DNA of 52,142 bases, counting the filler, from Dirinaria sp. TL-2023a (taxonomy: Eukaryota), in the NCBI GenBank assembly GCA_051941275.1. It is 2 parts of 2 records of this genome, joined end to end, with 100 filler letters (N's around TTAATTAATTAA, not from the genome) between each part and the next. Parts side by side here need not be neighbours in the genome. Positions count along the whole stretch, not along the records: positions 26,170 to 52,142 come from JAVEBF010000166.1; 1 more part is not named here. One strand, 5' to 3'. A model generated the notes under the pieces. That model was not told the origin of the DNA, ran no database searches, and was given only the letters and a program-made list of their open reading frames with translations. A program made the position numbers and the translations under genes. Shown piece by piece: positions 48,318 through 52,142 of the stretch; position 1 is the first letter of the stretch, and each line of letters starts with the position of its first letter.

Positions 48318-48658
48318 GCCGTTACGGTCGAGCGGATAAATTCGAGTGCACAACTCCCTAAACCCCCCAGGGCTCAGTGTTCGAATCCCGCCCGACTGCT
48401 AACATTGTGGCCACCTAGCGGTTGCATTCTTCTGCCCCAAAGTCCCCTGGCCAGCCCCAGCCAGAACGCGGACACAGAAGAAGCGTGGGTCCGTTTCCTA
48501 ACGAGGAAAACCTGCAAATACCGCTAGCTTCGGACCGTGCAAACCAGGTGGTGCTGGTTTCATTACCCTCAACGCCCTCCAAAGGACACCGCCAGCTGGC
48601 CTTGGAGCGCAGAGGGGAACTTTTGCACTTTTGGGGTAAGGAATTTTTTTTTTTTTTT
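48318..48658 (+). ncRNA. Candidate Pol III transcription unit: tRNA-like A/B-box leader, structured ~230-nt RNA and T15 terminator; identity unknown
   Basis: A-box-like CGGTCGAGCGG at 48325-48335, perfect B box GTTCGAATCC at 48379-48388, at least eight complementary segment pairs between 48415 and 48638, and a T run at 48644-48658. Confidence 0.55.
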
Positions 48659-48855
48659 ATATGGGAATGATTTTTCTTTGATTGATATAGCTCTACAATT
48701 AATTGTGTCTGCTTTGGAAGATGGATGATGGGGTGCTGTGGTGGTTCCTTCAAGTGATCGCAAAAAGGGGCTTCTTGCACGTGACTTTGTCTTTTTGCAA
48801 GTCGCGGATATCATGAGGACTGATATCATAAGGATATCATGAGGCTACTAAGTAC

Positions 48856-49240
48856 ATGTATCTTGACAAACCCTTTAACTTTGTTTTGCTTTTACTGCTT
48901 CACGCCGCTATCATTGCTTCCTCGCGGCTTTCTCTAATCGAGAAGAACATCGTTAATGCTGTACGTGCCCTTGACCCAGTGAAGTCGATCACTGTAGTGG
49001 AACATACCTGTAGTAGCTTGCTACTCTTTCAATCATTGTTTCATTCTCTACTAAAATCTACAGCTTTCGCAAACCTTCGCGCTGACGAGATTGATGATCT
49101 CCAAAATCGACGAGTTCAAATTGACTGATTTAATTAAAGGCTTCTCATCATTATGTTTTCCTGACATGCATTGCTCTCAGGTATCAGGATCGAAATCTGA
49201 GTGTCTATTGCTACTTATGTTCACGCGTACCAGTATCTCC
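48856..49240 (+). CDS. Possible orphan small secreted protein; 3' end uncertain
   Basis: Signal-peptide-like MYLDKPFNFVLLLLLHAAIIASS. A GTACGT donor at 48961 and TACTAAAATCTACAG acceptor splice in frame to LSQTFALTRLMISKIDEFKLTDLIKGFSSLCFPDMHCSQ. No recognised family. Confidence 0.3.
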
Positions 49241-50109
49241 CATTATGGCACGTAAGATACTTTCTCATCAACGTTCAAGCCGGCAACCAGACATCTTTTT
49301 TGCCCAAATTGGTGGCTCGCGACAATGACTATAACCTTGCACATCGACCGCATTCAGTCGTAAGAAGCTGTGCTATATACTCAGCACGAACGCCCTCGCT
49401 TGACTATTACTTTTGAACGGGCCACAATTCAAAGTATTTGCACTCGTCCTTGACTCTCATTGCAACCTTGAGAAAGCCATTGACAGAAGCTGTCAAATTG
49501 CAGTCTCAAAGTGGTGCCTTAAAGCGAAGTCACATGGACACCTGACCAGTCATCGCTTCTTCTTTGATCACGTTGCTAGTTGTATGCGCGAGGCAAGAAG
49601 GACAGTGGAAGCCCCAGCTAAATGCCCAGCTATCTGATATACTCCATGAGTTTTCGGTGTAGGGAGTACTCATCCTTAATGAACCTATGGGCAAACCTCA
49701 AAGGCTACGCTCGAGCATTAATCACCAAGTGATAGTGAATCTGCTAGAATAGTGAGCAAGTGAAATGACTGATTTTGACCGGTTATCCAACAGATCTGAA
49801 GGAAACGAGGGTGCATTGTTAGTGTGCAGTTCCCTTTTGCCCTCTTAAGACCTTGATAGGTGACCATGGACGATCGTCCGTAACACTAGCCTCGTCGGAC
49901 TCAAATATTCCCATCTTCTTCTCTTGCTTGGAAGCGTATCAGACGTTATCCTACTACGCTAGCCCCTTTTCCTTGGCGCGATTCCGCGCTTCGCGTTAGC
50001 TTCATGACGCGACGTCGACCTATCGCCATATACGAGCTTGGAGGAAGCTTTTATTTCTGAATTGCGATGTGAATACATTTTGTATTCTGCAAACTAAGGC
50101 AGTCGGTCT

Positions 50110-51475
50110 ATGGCGAACTTCTTCAACAATAAAGCTCGTGCGGCTGCTGCAGCCGCGACTGCTGCGAGTGGGGCATCTTCGTCGAAGGCTACAGCGCCCA
50201 AAGACGATCGAGGATTGCAACCATGGGTCGAGAAATAGTGCGTTAAGTTCTGATATCCACGCAACCACCCCATACTAATCATCTTCGTAGTCGGCCCAAA
50301 ACCTTGAAAGATGTCACGGCTCAAGACCACACAGTCACCGTCCTGCAGAGGACCTTGCAAGCGTCTAATGTTGTACCTAGTGGCTCAATTACTATCTCAA
50401 TCGCTAATTTCTTGTTCCAAGCTCCCCCACATGCTTTTCTACGGTCCACCAGGTACTGGCAAAACATCAACGATCCTTGCTCTAGCCAAAGAGCTATATG
50501 GCCCGGAGATGTTCAAGACCCGCGTGCTTGAACTGAACGCTTCGGATGAACGAGGTATTTCAATAGTCCGTGAGAAAATCAAAGACTTTGCCAGGATGCA
50601 GCTTTCGAATCCGCCAATGAACTATGAGAAGAAGTATCCATGTCCACCATATAAGATCATTATCCTCGATGAAGCAGATAGCATGACGCAGGATGCACAG
50701 AGCGCGCTTAGAAGAACCATGGAGACGTATAGCAAAATAACCCGGTTCTGCCTCATTTGCAACTATGTCACCCGGATCATTGATCCATTGGCGAGTAGGT
50801 GTAGCAAGTTTCGCTTCAAAACTTTAGATCAGGGAAACGCGAAGAAACGATTAAGCGATATTGCCACGAACGAGAACGTAAAGCTCGAAGACGGTGTCAT
50901 CGATACATTGATCAAGTGCAGCGAAGGGGATCTTCGGAAAGCTATTACTTTCCTACAAAGTGCTTCTCGCCTCGTCGGAGCAATCAAGATTCCTGTCAGC
51001 AAACTCAATGGCCAGTCCAAAAAGAAGAACACAGTGAATGGCGATGATGGAGACCCCATGGACCTGGACGAAGCGGACGGTTCTCTGGTGACCGTTAGAA
51101 GCGTTGAAGAGATAGCAGGTGTGATCCCGGGCAATGTTGTGGGTAATTTAATCCAAGCTATGCAGCCAAAAGCCAGAGGCTCGGTGTACGAGGCTATATC
51201 TCAGGCTGTCACCAACATGGTCGCCGATGGCTGGAGTGCTACGCAAGTCGTAACACAGGTAAAGGAACATCTATAAGTTATGGCTTGTATGGAGACTGAT
51301 CCTTTGTTAGATGTATCAAGAACTCGTTTTCAATGATACCATACCCGACAAGCAAAAGGCTAAGATCGTTCTGATCTTCTCCGAAGTGGACAAGAGGCTC
51401 GTCGATGGAGCCGATGAGCATCTGACCATCCTCGACCTCGCTCTGCAGATTTCTAGCATACTGGCGCAAACCTGA
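50110..51475 (+). CDS. RFC2: Replication factor C small subunit (yeast Rfc2 / human RFC4 type); 4 exons
   Basis: QPWVEKY|RPK, Walker [52 protein letters not shown] motif and C-terminal [17 protein letters not shown]. Confidence 0.95.
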
Positions 51476-52142
51476 ACGGGGTTTCATTCGCTTACACGGT
51501 TATTCTGCTCGATTATAGATAAACTTATTGTGCTCGTGCTCGGTTGTGACTATTGGACTTGGGACTCCTCAGAAGAGCGATCGCTAGCCGGAAAAGCCAG
51601 CCCTCAGAAGCACGACCCTCCCTCTGCCAGGGAGAAGCTCCGCCCGTCGATTGTCCCTCAAGCTCAGTTCTCAGCCAAGAGCAGAGGATTGTGGGACATA
51701 TTGCGGTCTGTACCATAAATGGCTCAGAGAGGCCGTCCCTCCCTTCGGGTGATGGACGTTGATCCTACATACACTGCCAAAGAACATCGAAATAGCTCAA
51801 CATTTACCAATACCGTATTGACGTGGATCTGCGTGGGGATTGTTGTGATTCGCAAAAGGGGAAGATAACCATCAGGCGCTGTCGGGCCTCTCAATATGGA
51901 TGCGACTTGACAATATGTATAGTGCCGCGAGCACGAAAGATATGAAAATCCATCAATGCAACTTTGTTCGATTCCTCGTTGCTCCTGGGTTCTACGATAA
52001 TCCGCAAGTCAAGGAACCATACTGCTGTTGAAACTGACCCACTCCACACGTACATCCTCAACTCGTAAATGAAACTCCCCATCAAAAGCCGCCACCCATC
52101 CAATTCCCACTACAACAAACCCCCCATCACCTAAATAAACCC

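Noticed and set aside
48250..48370. Telomerase RNA template or telomeric repeat (AACCCTA, CCCTAAACCC)
   Set aside because: Only single short matches; the TAACCCTAA template expected for Pezizomycotina is absent.
48318..48400. Functional tRNA gene
   Set aside because: A and B boxes are present, but the acceptor stem has mismatches, the T-stem 5' strand does not pair and no anticodon arm can be drawn.
51700..52142. Possible minus-strand exons at the window end
   Set aside because: Splice-like signals exist but the translations match nothing I recognise and the region is truncated.

Overview
This is a gene-dense, intron-rich stretch of a filamentous ascomycete (Pezizomycotina) nuclear genome. 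It has GT-AG introns of about 45-60 nt with CTRAY branch points. It is two contigs joined by an artificial 100-nt spacer (N44-TTAATTAATTAA-N44, 26070-26169). Left contig: FLX1-type mitochondrial carrier, mitochondrial S10, mitochondrial TrpRS, HAP5/HapE, SEC15, a Mei2-like RRM gene, RMP1, GPI7, a DUF2423 protein, SIZ1/PLI1 and a truncated TRS33. Right contig: a DUF202 protein, ZRC1/COT1 zinc transporter, a DCAF8-like WD40 protein, MED11, TAF5, ClpP, an RRG8-like hypothetical protein, a DUF2417 alpha/beta-hydrolase, PPE1 and RFC2. The proteins are mostly ordinary housekeeping genes, and the unexplained signal is non-coding. (1) A candidate RNA polymerase III unit at about 48318-48658 has a decayed tRNA-like A/B-box leader, a densely base-paired, possibly pseudoknotted ~230-nt body and a T15 terminator. 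(2) Five ~151-bp tandem units upstream of the Mei2-like gene each look like an intron plus a ~100-nt exon carrying a short peptide ORF. (3) The first intron of TAF5 is 1146 nt and full of hairpins. Exon boundaries were read by eye and family assignments come from motif recognition, not database searches.
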